This document shows positions 26,389 to 40,261 of a DNA stretch of 64,000 bases, one piece after another; position 1 is the first letter of the stretch, and each line of letters opens with the position of its first letter. This DNA is from Octopus bimaculoides. Taxonomy: Eukaryota. The stretch spans positions 79,218,697-79,282,696 of the forward strand of contig NC_068983.1 in the NCBI RefSeq assembly GCF_001194135.2, in the 5' to 3' direction. Made by a program: the position numbers and the translations under genes. The notes under the pieces were generated by a model that saw only the letters and a program-made list of their open reading frames with translations, made no database searches and was not told where the DNA came from.

Positions 26389-26867
26389 ATATATATATAA
26401 TATATATATATAATATATTATAAAATAGATGGTCTTTATCCAAATAAGTTCCCTGATATTATAAAATATGCATATATAAATATGTACAGCAATATGTGTA
26501 TGTATATGTATATATTGTTATATTCATATGTTTATTGTGTTTCTAAACTGCATGTCAAGTTGTCTGACATATAACCAGTATTTTAAATCAGGCTCTAAAT
26601 CAGAGTATATATACTGAAGTCAAGTGTGGGGCATATGTTATGAAATTAGTTATTTATAACATTTTTACATGCATCAGTGACCATTGTAAGACAGATTATG
26701 TAAGGATTTCCTCATGTAATCCATCTTGCGATGGTTACTGGCACATGCGTTAAGATGCCATAAATAAAAAATTCATAATATACTCTCCAGGTCTGATATT
26801 TGAATATATATGTTTATGCACACACACGTGTGTGTGTGTATGTGTGTGTGTATATATGTGTGTATGC

Positions 26868-26912
<45 letters not shown>

Positions 26913-29900
26913 TGCATGCATGTATGTGTATATGTATTTCAACACTTGTATATCTCAACACATATACCCTTCCAGAAATACTGCATACACCATTTCTCCA
27001 CTTTATGCCCATCTCAAAACAAGACACACTCCAGTATGTGCACGCATGCACACCTGTCCTTTTCTTTCTTCTTGACTGTCCCTCCCCTACCCTTCCAACT
27101 GGCACTTCAGTGAATGTTTGAAACTAGTAACCAATGATACTCTTGTTCACCAACCACAATATAAAGTATGTTATTATTGTTGTTGGCCCCTGGTCAGTTT
27201 TGGTCCTGTAGATCTATGCTGAAAAATGTTTCTGGCCATGGTCATTTTGTAATTTTTGCATTAGGGAGACTACATTACATAATGAATTCTTTCCTAACTT
27301 AAGTCAGTAGGATCTGATTTTAGTGAGATCTGACTGCTGTTTCTTGTAGGTCTACGACCATATAGGGACTTCCTTATTGGATTGACTATGTAGCAAAGTT
27401 AGATATGTCTGTGGCTTTTTTTGCAAGCAACCTTCCAGAATATATAACTAGCTGTGATTAACTTTAGCTTCTAAATTATGATAATTTTAAAATTGTCTTT
27501 GAATTTACTGACATTAAGCTTGTGAGTTTGTTATTGCTAGATCATTTGAACTGCTCCTAGTGATGAAAACTAATTTTTTATTTTGACCCGAGTATATAAA
27601 AAGATCAACAGTACTTACATTTTGCTCTATTCTTTTCACCTGAGAAGCATCTTTGAAGATTTTAATTTGTTGTTTAATACATTTAAGACAATTATCAATA
27701 TCTGGGTGTTCATTAGTAAGTTTTGGTTTTAGCGAATATATTCAAATTTTTTCCAAATAAGAGATATTAAAATGTTCTTGACCATAAGAATGTGAGAATT
27801 TTGTTTTTCTAGCAACATTAATTTTGTAAGATATTTTTTCTTGATTTGAAATCTTGCCCTAACTTGTTTTCTTATCAGTACCTCCCATGCTGCAATTCTT
27901 GGGGGTTGTCTGATGTGATATAGTATGCAAGTTGAACATAAGACATCTGGCATCTCCACTGATTCTGGCAACCATCTTTGATAATTTGAATAGTATACAA
28001 TACACATTCAGTGTCAATAGCTTCCTCAAAAAAATGCCTGAAATTCTTGCTGGGAAAAATAGGTTCCATTATCCTTTTCTGTTCAAAATGCCATTGTAGA
28101 TAATTTTTGATGGCTGATGCATTTAATTTATTTATAGTGATTTTTTTTTTTCAGTTTTACTTTAACTGTGGGTCTATTAATGTTTAATAATTCTTAACTA
28201 TGAATGTATAGAACACCTCTCAATCAATGATACCAATTCTAAGGAAGTAATGGTACCTTAAATAAAAGCTTCCTGTGGACTTGACAATGAGAACAACTTA
28301 ATGTCACTTGCTTTCAGTCAACTATATCTATCTATCTTGCTAAAATTTTATGTGGTTTGTTCATAAATGGTCTTTATGTAGTATGTGTAATAGTGAGGCT
28401 GTTTCCTTGTGAGAAATTATCTCTAAATCAGCAATCTCTAACTAACCTCACTACTCTACAAAAGCTTATCTTGTATCTCTTGGTTTCTCTGCAGGCCTTC
28501 TCCTGTATATGTGGCTAGGTATTATTGTTAGTTTATCCAACTTAGAGGTTAGTTTTCAAATTGTCTTGTAATCTACTAATGTCTTAGTCAAGTTTTCATT
28601 TATATCCTGAACTTCTAATACATGCATGATTTTCCCATCTTATTTTTATACATGAGAAAATAATTTCAACAGTTCAGTTTCTCTTCCCTAACTTTTTTTC
28701 AATGTTAACAACCATTGTCTATCATTCCTGAAATTTTTATCCTATTTTCAAAACTGAAGAGTTGTCTTATTGTCTGTTTCCATTATGATGCAATAGATTT
28801 AGTGCCAACCTCTCTGTTATAACGGCCCTGAAAATATAACGGTAGAACTATGCCCCAAGAAACAAAGATGTGAAGCAATGCATCAGAATATATAACTATG
28901 TGCATGTATGTGATATACAAAGATCATAATTCAGTTTAAACTTGTCTTCATGAACAAATCTATTTTGAGTGGTTGACTGCAATCTTTTAATCCATCTTCT
29001 TTCTTTCCTGCCATGTTTAGTTATCTATAACACCATTACATAGAAATTCAGTGTGTCCCAACCAAGAGATTTCTGCAAGTTTATGATCTCTTGAAAGTTC
29101 AAGTGTTACATTCTGTTATTTTGTGTGATATTTCATACTTGAAAAGAATTTAGGTGAGTCAGAATAGTTCAGTTGAATGGTATTTCGAAGTGAAATGGAA
29201 GAAGTGGCATTAATATCTGTCTGTTGTAGAGATTTCACTTTACATATCTGTCAACTGTTAATTTGATAAATAGATTTAAAGCACTTAAAAGTTGTTTTCT
29301 AATTTTAACTGTAAAGACGACAGTGAGTGGGTGGAGGAAAGGAATGGTTGTGTGTGCGTGTGTTAATCTCTGCATTGTTTTTTTTTTTGTTGCTTACTAT
29401 CTACAGAAATATGAAAGGGAAATTAAATTTTCACTTGCATTGAGATTTAAAAAATGTATTCATCAAATGCATGTATGGTAATACCATATTTATATCACAG
29501 CTGTTTTGAGAGCATATCAAGCATCACAAAAAAGAAATCCACATCAAATGAGATGATAAAGCTATATGGTATTGTTTACAGGACGTTCTCTAAATGCAAG
29601 AAATGGAAACAGTTGTGATAATGGGCAAAGAGGGTGGGGAGGAGCAGACGGAAGACTCATAGAATTTGGTTAATCTCTACATCACTGAAAGGTGGAGGCT
29701 AGTGGTCTCAGAGTTAGGGTTCTCAAAATCTAATGTTTGCTGGTCTGCTGTGTCCATTACAAACCATGGAAAAAGATAAGTTGTTATGTATGTCTCTTCT
29801 ACTTATAATCCTTACTTAGTACTACTTCGAGGTCCAGCACTAAATACTTTTCCCCCCAGTTCTTTTTACCACATCTACATAATGGAACAGCTTTCCTGCT

Positions 29901-30547
29901 CACTTTTACCTTACAAGCTTGAATTTTCTAGGAGTTGTATACCAACCACATTAATTTTTCCAATTCTGGGAAGCCTTACACAGTTCCCCTTCATGAAATA
30001 TTCTTTGTTATCTACTATAATAATACTCTTGTGTTTTTCTCCGTCACAACATATGAATGAGAATGGAAGGGTCGATAGATGAATAAGGAAAGAAGGGATG
30101 ATGACAAATTGGTAGTGGGAATGTTTCAACTCTGTGAGTATATGTGTGTGTATGTAAAAGTGAGGTATGTGGATGTTTGTGTGCATGGGTGCAATGGAAG
30201 TGGGATGGTGAACATTCAATGCTGAAAAGAAAATTCAAACAGCATTTCAACTTTGTGTGAGTATATGTGTGTGTGTGTACAAGGGAAGTATGTGAATATG
30301 TGTGTGAACTAGCGATCTTTCAGTAACAAATGATCAATGCCACATCTCAAAAGACAACCACTAGATAACATAGACAAGTGTATTAATTTGATTTACCATT
30401 CACATATATATATATATCAAATACTACAATTAGCCATCATTTTTGATGGCAGAGGGCCAGCTAGTACATGTAATAAAAGTGACTTCACATAGGACATGAT
30501 TTCAGTTCTACTGATATTTTATCAATTTAGATTAACGAGTCAATTAT

Positions 30548-30849
30548 TCATCCATGAAAAACTAGAGGTAGTCGATAGCTTCCGCTATCTGGACGACCAA
30601 GTTAGTAGTGGGGGTGGGTGCGCTGAAAGTGTAGCTGCTAGAATAAGAATAGCCTGGGCAAAGTTTAGAGAGCTCTTATCCCTGCTGGCGACAAAGGGAC
30701 TCTCACTCAGAGTAAAAGGCAGACTGTATGACGCATGCGTACGAACAGCCATGCTACATGGCAGTGAAACATGGGCTGTAATTGCTGAGGACATACGTAA
30801 GCTCGCAAGGAATGAAGCCAGTATGCTCCGTTGGATGTGTAATGTCAAT
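30548..30849 (+). mobile_element. RTE-clade LINE, RT C-terminal region (runs into gap)
   Basis: EKLEVVDSFRYLDDQVSSGGGCAESVAARIRIAWAKFRELLSLL...LYDACVRTAMLHGSETWAV...EASMLRWMCNV, typical RTE RT/thumb motifs (F-x-YLG, AW-x-KF, LYGSETW). Confidence 0.93.
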
Positions 30850-31380
30850 NNNNNNNNNNNNNNNNNNNNNNNNNNNNNNNNNNNNNNNNNNNNNNNNNNN
30901 NNNNNNNNNNNNNNNNNNNNNNNNNNNNNNNNNNNNNNNNNNNNNNNNNNNNNNNNNNNNNNNNNNNNNNNNNNNNNNNNNNNNNNNNNNNNNNNNNNNN
31001 NNNNNNNNNNNNNNNNNNNNNNNNNNNNNNNNNNNNNNNNNNNNNNNNNNNNNNNNNNNNNNNNNNNNNNNNNNNNNNNNNNNNNNNNNNNNNNNNNNNN
31101 NNNNNNNNNNNNNNNNNNNNNNNNNNNNNNNNNNNNNNNNNNNNNNNNNNNNNNNNNNNNNNNNNNNNNNNNNNNNNNNNNNNNNNNNNNNNNNNNNNNN
31201 NNNNNNNNNNNNNNNNNNNNNNNNNNNNNNNNNNNNNNNNNNNNNNNNNNNNNNNNNNNNNNNNNNNNNNNNNNNNNNNNNNNNNNNNNNNNNNNNNNNN
31301 NNNNNNNNNNNNNNNNNNNNNNNNNNNNNNNNNNNNNNNNNNNNNNNNNNNNNNNNNNNNNNNNNNNNNNNNNNNNNNNN

Positions 31381-31628
31381 GGCACATAAAAGACACCATT
31401 TCGAGCGTGGCCGTTTTCGTGCGGGTGACACGTAAAAGCACCCACTACACTCTCTGAGTGGTTGGCGTTAGGAAGGGCATCCAGCTGTAGAAACTCTGCC
31501 AAATCAGACTGGAGCCTGGTGTTGCCATCCGGTTTCACCAGTCCTCAGTCAAATCGTCCAACCCATGCTAGCATGGAAAGCGGACGTTAAACGATGATGA
31601 CGATGATGATGATGATGATGATGATGAT
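31381..31628 (+). mobile_element. Family D tail with (ATG)n end, probably the 3' UTR of the upstream RTE
   Basis: Same strand as the RT fragment, separated only by the gap; many CpGs retained, suggesting a young copy. Confidence 0.85.
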
Positions 31629-31639
31629 CCATCCATCCA

Positions 31640-32010
31640 CTCATCTTCTCTACTCACTATTCTTGGGGAAGGTCATTGGAGTATATAATTCTCAGGCACC
31701 TCCTCTGTAAAATCCTACCAGAAGCAACTGTCAATATCATGGCTGGATTCCCAAGTGACCAAGATGCTATCCAGTCATCTTGTTCCTGGTCTACCCCTGG
31801 GTCGCCTGCTGGCTTGAAGAATCAATCTTGTAATTCTTTACTGTGACATTCTAATCACATGTCCATATCACTGGAGCTGTGACCTCCTAGTACAGAGAAA
31901 TAGTGACTCCAACTGGAGAGACTCTCTGATTTCTATGCTCTGCACCTTATCAATTAATGTTACTCCAGAGATACTTTTAAGTCTTTACATAACATTCATG
32001 ACCATAAGTA
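31640..32010 (-). mobile_element. Second RTE family (BovB-like) 3' fragment
   Basis: Minus translation SISGVTLIDKVQSIEIRESLQLESL...RSQLQ*YGHVIRMSQ...RRPRGRPGTRWLD. Confidence 0.8.
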
Positions 32011-32159
32011 AGGAGAAGCACTAAAATTTAATTGAAGGTAGTGAGTTTGGCTTTTTTTTTTTTACCAGCCTTTCCTTTTTTGATGTGTCACTTATATCAA
32101 ACAAAATTTAATATCTAATTCTCACGGAAATTCTTATTATTAAAAGCATGAAGAAGGCA

Positions 32160-32356
32160 ACAAGCTGGCAGAATCATTACTGAGCGAGGCAAAATTCTTA
32201 GTGCCATTTCGTCTGTCTTTATGTTCTGAGTTCAAATGCCTTTCATTCTTTCAGGATTGATAAATTAAGTACCAGTCATGTACTGGAGTCAATGGGATCG
32301 AGTTACCTTCTTCCCAGAAATTTCAGACCTTGTGCCTATAGTAGAAAGGATTATTA
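32160..32356 (+). mobile_element. SINE family B
   Basis: ggcagaatc...ttaagtaccag...cttgtgcctatagtagaaaggattatt. Confidence 0.85.
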
Positions 32357-34262
32357 GAAGTATGAAGATTGTAAGGTTAAGGATCATATGATGACTGATT
32401 ACATAACCACAAGCTCAAATTGTGTTTCAGTCAGTGTTGTGCAAGGCATGGAACCCTGCTTGTTTCAATTCACCCAAAATGATTAAAAATAGCTTTAACG
32501 TGAGCCAATGAAATTATTATTATTTTTTTTTTTTTTTTTTAAGATTATTCAACCTAATATAAACAGTCATCTTAAAAAATGGGAGGACACATTGTAGAAT
32601 GTTAAAGGCTTCAATGCTTTTGGTCATATGTCGACTGAACTGGAGCTGTCCTGAGGCTAAAGAACTTAAACAACTGCTTACAATCTTTTTTCATGGTTGA
32701 ATAGCTGAAAGCAGGAAGATCGTTCAGCTATAAAAGCAACTTTCAACAAAGCATTATCTCACTTATTGAGTATTGAAACTGAAGTAGTAAAATTAAAATG
32801 TACGTTTCTTTTTTTTAATTTTATTATTTTCTTCTGAATGATATAAATACTATTAGGTAGCTCAAGCCAATATAGTCTCTCAACCTACTAGACATAACCA
32901 AAATACCCCTCACAAATCACCTCCTACCATTGTAAGAAAAAAAAAACATATTTGAGAACAGATATATTGCAGATATGGATGAATGGTAAAAAAGCTTGCT
33001 TCCTAACCATATGGTCATGGGTTCAGCCCACTGCACAACACCTTGAACATCTATAGTATTATGGAAAATGAAATAAACTACCTAACTTTATATAGTATAA
33101 TATTGTTTTGAGGAATTGGAGTACTTGTTAGCTTTCAGTTAAATTCATAGCAGGCATTTCATTATATATCTGAACAGTAAGTCTCACTGCTGTCAGGAAT
33201 AGTTACATGTGATATACAAACATCCTATCCAAATGAAAATTTGTGTTAAATCTGCTAAAACCATGAAACCTGAGTTGGACAGGAGATTTTAAGAGAATCT
33301 TAGGGCTACTGAAGACATTTCTTATTATAATAATTATGAGAAATAATAGATCTCAAGTTTCAAACCCTTTCCTTTATAACAGTTTGTAAGAGATCTTAAT
33401 ATTTGTTAATTTACACGGTAAAATACAGTCGTTTACAAATTATAGTTTCTTGTTATTAGATTGATGCTGTTGAATATCTTAAAGTAAATTAGCGACTTAT
33501 TCTAGTAAAATATCTTGGAATAGACTACCTTTGTAATAGTTTTGTTACAATAATAAACTAGATAAACAATTATTTTAAGTATGTATACCCAATGATTTGT
33601 TGCTCTTGAAGATTAAAATAGCAACTCTTTGTATGGATATATAGGCAATGCCCATGATTTTATGAAGGTCTCTGAGACAGAGGAGTGAAAAAGTAGTAAT
33701 TATAATTCACAAGTTATAGTTGGATTGGAGATGTGGTCTGAATGTTCACAACAGTTGATTTCTCCAAAGGTTGCCAATGGTTAAATACTGTGTTAAACCA
33801 AGACACTGGATTAAGTGAATGACCCAAATAATAAAGTTAAAATAATAAATAGGAAAAGGTTGTTGGTATTGTTTAGTTTCAGTCCCAGGTATATCCTGAT
33901 CAAGTAGACTTAAGGCTGTCTGGCTGTAACCATTCCATATTTTGTTTTTCAGATATAGTGTTAGCAATTTTTTTAAGATGGTAAGGAGTGCAATTTGAAA
34001 ATTTAGCTGCTATTTCTAGCAGATTAAGTGACCATATAGAGGTTCTCAGATTGGCTCAGTGGGAAAAGGTTGTTTTCTTTTGTAAACAATAAATCTTGAA
34101 AATCCTATAATTAAACTTGACATATATGGTTTATATTTAGATACTGTGATACAAGGAATATTTGACATGAAACAACAGTTTTCGTCTTGAATAACTTCAT
34201 CAAAATAATGAATTTCTTCAGCCTTTTCTACTTTCATCAAAATACAAGAATATGTTGCCAAA

Positions 34263-34303
<41 letters not shown>

Positions 34304-34384
34304 TCACAAAGCTGAAGTTTATTTGTTGTAAGTTAGAAGTGGGATTTTCTGAGACACTTCCTTTACCTTTTACCATTTAAAGTA

Positions 34385-34580
34385 GTCATATCCAGCCTAA
34401 ATATTCTGTTTTATGTTGAAACTAGTCAGATCTAGCCTCTCAAACCTACCCTACAATGTCATTCTAAAAATAACACATCATCGATATCTTAAGGTTATGA
34501 GATAATGCATGATTAATTCAAAACAACATGAATAAACAAACATTATATTTGACAGAATAATCTGAATTCAAAAGGTTTAA
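34385..34580 (-). mobile_element. piggyBac-type MITE, homologue of 8109-8299
   Basis: Shared cagatctagc, tatgagataatgcatg and tttgacaga blocks in reverse. Confidence 0.65.
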
Positions 34581-34672
34581 AGAAATAAGGGCATTTCTGT
34601 CAATGCAAAATTATATTCTTTATCTTAACAAAGAAGGGTCCTACACAAAACATCAAATCTCTTCTCTTTGAA

Positions 34673-34925
34673 GATGCATGACTCAGTGGTTAGAGCATTG
34701 GGCTCAGAATCACACGGTAGTGAGTTTGATTCCCAGACCTGGCTGTGTTGCGTTCTTGAGCAAGATACTTTATTTCACATTGCCCCAGTTTACTCAGCTG
34801 TAGAAATGAGTTGTGACATCACTGGTGCCAAGCTGTATCTGCCTCTGCTTTTCTCTTGGATAATATCAGTGACATGGAGAGAGGAAGCTGGTATGCATGG
34901 ACGACTACTAGTCTTCCATAAAAGA
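34673..34925 (+). mobile_element. tRNA-derived SINE family E
   Basis: TGACTCAGTGG A box, GAGTTTGATTCC B box, then cttgagcaagatacttt..ccagtttactcagctgtagaaatgagt central domain. Confidence 0.85.
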
Positions 34926-35056
34926 TCATAATTTGGTTACTAAAAGATGTTCCACAGAAACAGAAAGAACTTAATACACACAAAAACGTTCCACTATAAA
35001 AAAAAAAGAAACCATTTTGTACACCAGGCATAGTATAAAGTAATATAAATAAACAA

Positions 35057-35088
<32 letters not shown>

Positions 35089-35187
35089 NNNNNNNNNNNN
35101 NNNNNNNNNNNNNNNNNNNNNNNNNNNNNNNNNNNNNNNNNNNNNNNNNNNNNNNNNNNNNNNNNNNNNNNNNNNNNNNNNNNNNNN

Positions 35188-35221
<34 letters not shown>

Positions 35222-35689
35222 GTTATAATAAAAAAAACAAGTCTTATGAAATACAGCTACCCAGGGTTTCCTGGTCAAAACGTTAATTTATTTCACCATT
35301 TTTCGAGCTGAGAACAAGACCATTTTGTCAGTTGCTTTTTCTTTACTCATTTTGCTGATTATCTTTACATTATCTTCACTCTTTTAGCTGATTGAGTGCT
35401 ACTTTAGTTGTTGAAGCCTTACCACATAATTATATATATATATATATATATACACATATCATCATCGTTTAATGCCTATTTTTCATGCTAGCTAGCTGGG
35501 GAGCTGTCCAGACTCTAATTGTCTGTCGTGGTATGGTTTTGACGGATGGATGTCCTTCTTAATGCTGACCACTTTACAGAGTGTGTTGGGTACCTTTTAC
35601 ATGCCTTGTGTGTGTGTATATATATATATATAACGTATGCATTAGTATGTATATATAACTTCTGTCTGAAAGTTTGTCATGCGATATAA

Positions 35690-36295
35690 GCTTTCCATGC
35701 TGGCATGGGTTGGATGGTTTGACTGAGGACTGGCAAGCCAGGATGCTGTGCTAGGCTCCAATCTGTTCTGGCAAGGTTTCTGCAGCTAGATGCCCTTCCT
35801 AATGCCAACCACTCTGAGAGTATAGTGGGTGCTTTTTACGTGCCACCAGCATGGGGGCCGGGCAACACTGGCAACGACCACACTGGAATTGTGCTTTTTA
35901 TATCCCACCAGCACAGGAGCCAGTCAACCAGCACTGGCATTGACCATGCTCGAATGGTACTTTTTATGTGCCACCGGCACGGGAGCCAGTCAGGTGACAT
36001 TGGTATCAACCACACTTGAATGGTGCTTTTTATGTGCCATCGGCATGGAGCCAGTCAGCTAGCACTGGCATCGACCATGCTTGAATGGTGCTTCTTATGT
36101 GCCACCAGCACGGGAGCCAGTCAGGTGACATTGGTATCAACCACACTCGAATGGTGCTTTTTATGTGCCACTGGCATGGGAGCCAGTCAGCTAGCACTGG
36201 CACCGACCATGCTCGAAGGGTGCTTTTTATGTGCCATTGGCATGGGAGCCAGTTAGGCGGCACTAACATCGACTATGTGCAAATGGTGCATCAGC
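35690..36295 (-). mobile_element. Family D element with six 66 bp tandem units
   Basis: Anchors at 35886, 35952, 36018, 36083, 36149, 36215 and 36281. Confidence 0.9.
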
Positions 36296-37104
36296 TTGAA
36301 AATATTTATTTTCCTAATTATTTGTTTTTAACTCTTGAAAATTTTGAAGACCGAAATGTCCCTTTAATCAGTCAATAGATAATGTAATGAAATTGGACAT
36401 AGGCATAGTCATATGTTTAAGAAATTTGCTTGCATGGCTTTATGTTCAATCCCACGTATAGTGGGCAAATTGCTTCTTTGTTGCTGTAAAAGTAAAACTT
36501 CTTAAATTGGTAATGGTTGTATGTTTAAGAAGCTTGCTTTGCAACCAAGTGGTTTCAGGTTCAATTCCATTGTGCAATATCTTCAGCAAGTTTATTCTAT
36601 TACTTCCCTAGGTCAATCAATGTTTTGTGAATGAATTTAGTTCACAGAAACTGTGTGGAAGCACATTACATATATATATGTGTTTGTGTTTGTCACCCAC
36701 CATTTGACAAGTGGTATTAATCTATATCCTAGTAACTTAGTGGTACTTTATTCTACCAACCTCAAAATTATGAAAGTTAAGCTGACCTTGGATTTGAACT
36801 CAGAATGTAAGGAACTGAATAAATACTGCAAGGCATTTTGTCCAATGCTCTAATGATGCTGCCAACCAGCCACACTGAAAGTTAACTTTGGTAGGATTTT
36901 AACTCAACATGTAAAGATTCAGTAAAAAAAATACTGCAAGTTATTTATCTAGTCTGACCGCTTTGAAGATTCAGCTAATCCACTACCCTGATGGTTGATT
37001 TCAGTAGGGTTTAAACTCAGAATGTAAAGTGCTTGAAAACTAATACCACAAGGTATAATTCTGCTAATCTACCACCATTTGCAACTAGAAATAATGATAA
37101 TAAG

Positions 37105-37330
37105 ATAATCCTTTCTACTGGATGTACAAGGCCTCAAATTTAGTGGGAGGGAACTAGTCAATTACATCGACCCCTGTGTTTCACTGGTACTTATTTTATC
37201 AACCCTGAAAGGATGAAAGGCAAAGTTGACCTCAGTGGAATTTCAACTCAAAATGTAGCAACAGGCAAAACACCACTAAGCATTTTGTCCAGTGTGCTAA
37301 CAATTCTGCCAGCTCACTACCTTAATAATA
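37105..37330 (-). mobile_element. SINE family B followed by (AAT)n
   Basis: Reverse complement of 557-770. Confidence 0.88.
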
Positions 37331-37643
37331 ATAATAATAATAATAATAATTCAGAAACATGTTCATAATTGTCTGCCATATTTACTGAAATAAAAAGTAA
37401 TATAATCATTGACAAATATTGCATTTTGGGTTGTTTTTTTAAATTTTTTATCACTACATAATTATTTCTAATTAGCATTTTAATGTTCCCTGTACTAAAT
37501 AAATTAACACTATCTTAACTATTGACTTTTCGTTTAATTAAAATAATAAAATATTCATCTATAAAAACATCTTGTAGAAATATTTAGTTTTTTTTTTCCA
37601 ATATGTCAAAATTATTCCTGAATTCACACACTACTCTTTAATA

Positions 37644-37780
37644 ATGAGTAGGCGAACTGTAGAAGAGTTGTATAAATTTTATTTGATGTGAAGAGTGAAG
37701 GATCAAATGATTCAGGCTCTTGACCTTCATCTGAGAGTGAGGAAGAGAAGATAGTGTTGTCACTGCTTTGGTCACAGGTA
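37644..37780 (+). pseudogene. Possible piggyBac transposase N-terminal relic
   Basis: MSRRTVEELY(fs)LFDVKSEGSNDSGS*PSSESEEE resembles acidic piggyBac N-termini; no catalytic core seen. Confidence 0.3.
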
Positions 37781-38176
37781 AATGAGTGAGGAATGAAATG
37801 AAGTGAATGAGTGAGGTATGGGGGAGAAGGGAATGAAGTGGTGCTGAAGTGGGGGAAGTAAAGAAAAAGAGAAGGGAAGTAGAGTAGGCTGTTTGAAATT
37901 GTGGTAATAGCTGGGTCAAGAAAAGATGAAAGATAGCAGTGGACACAATACATACACCGATGAGCTAATATACATACATATACACACTACAGTGTCATTG
38001 ATGCACACACAGTGGAAAACAAAAGAGACACATGCAAACAAAAATGTAATATAGGAGGAGAGGAAAGTGATGGTAGATGGAGCTTTTATTTAGAATCAAG
38101 GAAGGCCAGTTTGGCTGGCCTGAAAATGTGCAGTAAAATCTGTGTGACATGTGGGGAAGGCAAATCAGGTTGGAAG

Positions 38177-38215
<39 letters not shown>

Positions 38216-38231
38216 TTATATAAATATACTC

Positions 38232-38448
38232 GTTACTCTTTTACTTGTTTCAGTCATTTGACTGCGGCCATGCTGGAGCACCGCCTTTAGTCAAGCTAAT
38301 CGACCCCAGGACTTATTCTTTGTAAGCCTAGTACTTATTCTATTGGTCTCTTTTGCCGAACCGTTATGTTATGGGGACGTAAACACACCAGCATCAGTTG
38401 TCAAGCGATGTTGGGGGGACAAACACAGACACACAAACACACACACAC

Positions 38449-38492
<44 letters not shown>

Positions 38493-38650
38493 GAAGGGCT
38501 TCTTTCAGTTTCCGTCTACCAAATCCACTCACAAGGCTTTGGTTGGCCCGAGGCTATAGTAGAAGACACTTGCCCAAGGTGCCACACAGTGGGACTGAAC
38601 CCGGTACCATGTGGTTGGTAAGCAAGCTACTTACCACACAGCCACTCCTG
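38232..38650 (-). mobile_element. SINE family A, full length, internal (TA)n/(CA)n
   Basis: tRNA-like head (gtggctgtgtggtaag...gggttcagtccc), central microsatellite, gactgaaacaagtaaaaga end. Confidence 0.95.
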
Positions 38651-40229
38651 CTTCAGCCATGCAGGGAAACCACCTTGAAGGGTTTAGCCAAATAAATCAA
38701 CTCCTGTACTTCCTTTTCTTGTTATGTTTAATACCTTTCTGTTTTCTTTTTCCAAAACTGCTAATTATGGGAATATAAATAAACCAACACCTGTTGTCAC
38801 ACACATCATCTCCCCACCCAAACACACATGTGATAGGCTTTAGTTGGCCTGGTGCTATAATGGAAGACACTTGCTCAAGTGCCACACAATGGGACTGAAC
38901 CTAAGATCACATGGTTGGGAAGTGAACTTCTCAATCACACAGCCATGCCTCACACCTAAAATACAAAAAACAATTAAATCTCTAATATTAGTAGTTTTGT
39001 TTGAAAGCTACATGTTCAACAGTTCTGTAATCCAAGATGATTTTATTGCAAGTAGAGCATTTTCAAAGTTGAAACTGATACTTATTTTTTTGCACATGTT
39101 TTTTTTATATAAAATTTTATATATTTTATAACAACTTTAATATTACAATTTGTTATAAAGAAGAATAACCATCTTTGTGAAATAAGAGATAATAGTAATT
39201 ATTAGATGAAACAATAACTTGATCAAATTAGTAGCAGTAAAAACAAAAAAAAACTGTAAGTCTAATAGGTTTAGATGAAAAAAATGTCTAACTCAGATAA
39301 AAATATAAAAGAATTGTACAGCAAAGATATATTTTTAAAACAACTATCAAAATAACAAAGCAAATAATTCAAAAAGGAAGGAATTTAATAATCAAAATGT
39401 TTGGCACTAATTTGCTATTCTTCCTTTTTTCAAAAACTAACATTGTTTATGGATGATGCCAACAGTGAAAAAAACTGTATTTCAAAAAGTTATTATGCAA
39501 CTTGTAATGTCAGGCATTTAAAAATAAAATGGCTAGAGGAACAAAAGGTACAATGTGTAATGTCAATAATTAACAAAAAACTTTTTGAAAACAGTATTGG
39601 AAATTAAAGGCCTTAAGAACATAAGACATTTCCATTGCCTAGCTTTGGTACCTGTCTGTAAATTTTAACTCTCGCACAAAAAGAGAGAAGTAGAGACAAT
39701 AATGTATCTATTGATTCTCAATACATTCTGTTAGATTCAAAAATGATTATCTAATTGTAATTTGTTTTTCATCATTGGAAAGCCTCTCTCTCTCTTTAGA
39801 TAATGTGTGTTCGTAACATGTGATTCACCAATGTAAAGGGGTTTTAAAACATTGCTGTTTTGACTGTATTGTGTGTCTTCTCAGTCAAAGCTACTCTAGG
39901 TCTAACAAGAGTACAGGTTCTTGCCTATAGAAATCAGCAAATAATTTGCTGATGTCTCTCAAACAGATCATAATTCATGAAGTGCTTACAAAATTGAGAA
40001 CCCAAACAATTGCATGTTTATAACGTATTTATTCATTCTCAATATGTTCTAACAAATTCAAATGTGAATGACTGCAAGCATAAGTGTATGATAAGTTTGC
40101 TTCCCAACTGGGTTTAATGTAGCTATGTGGCACCTTGGGCAAGTTTTTTCTGCTAAAGACTCTGGTCAATCAAAAGCTTGTGAGTAGACAAGTTTTGGGT
40201 ACACAAAAACTGAAAGAAGCCTGTCGTGT

Positions 40230-40261
<32 letters not shown>

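Noticed and set aside
25598-26443. Long ORFs of 250-280 aa, and similar ones at 14070-14435, 30585-31538 and 54106-54722
   Set aside because: Artefacts of N gaps and dinucleotide repeats (X, YI, CV, RE runs).
28495-28547. Plus-strand exon candidate GLLLYMWLGIIVSLSNLE with a strong acceptor
   Set aside because: A hydrophobic reading is expected from the antisense of a K/E-rich relic in the same interval; no linked exons.
29800-29960. Possible CR1/L2 3' remnants (also ~41400-41720)
   Set aside because: Only faint resemblance by eye; too decayed to list as supported features.
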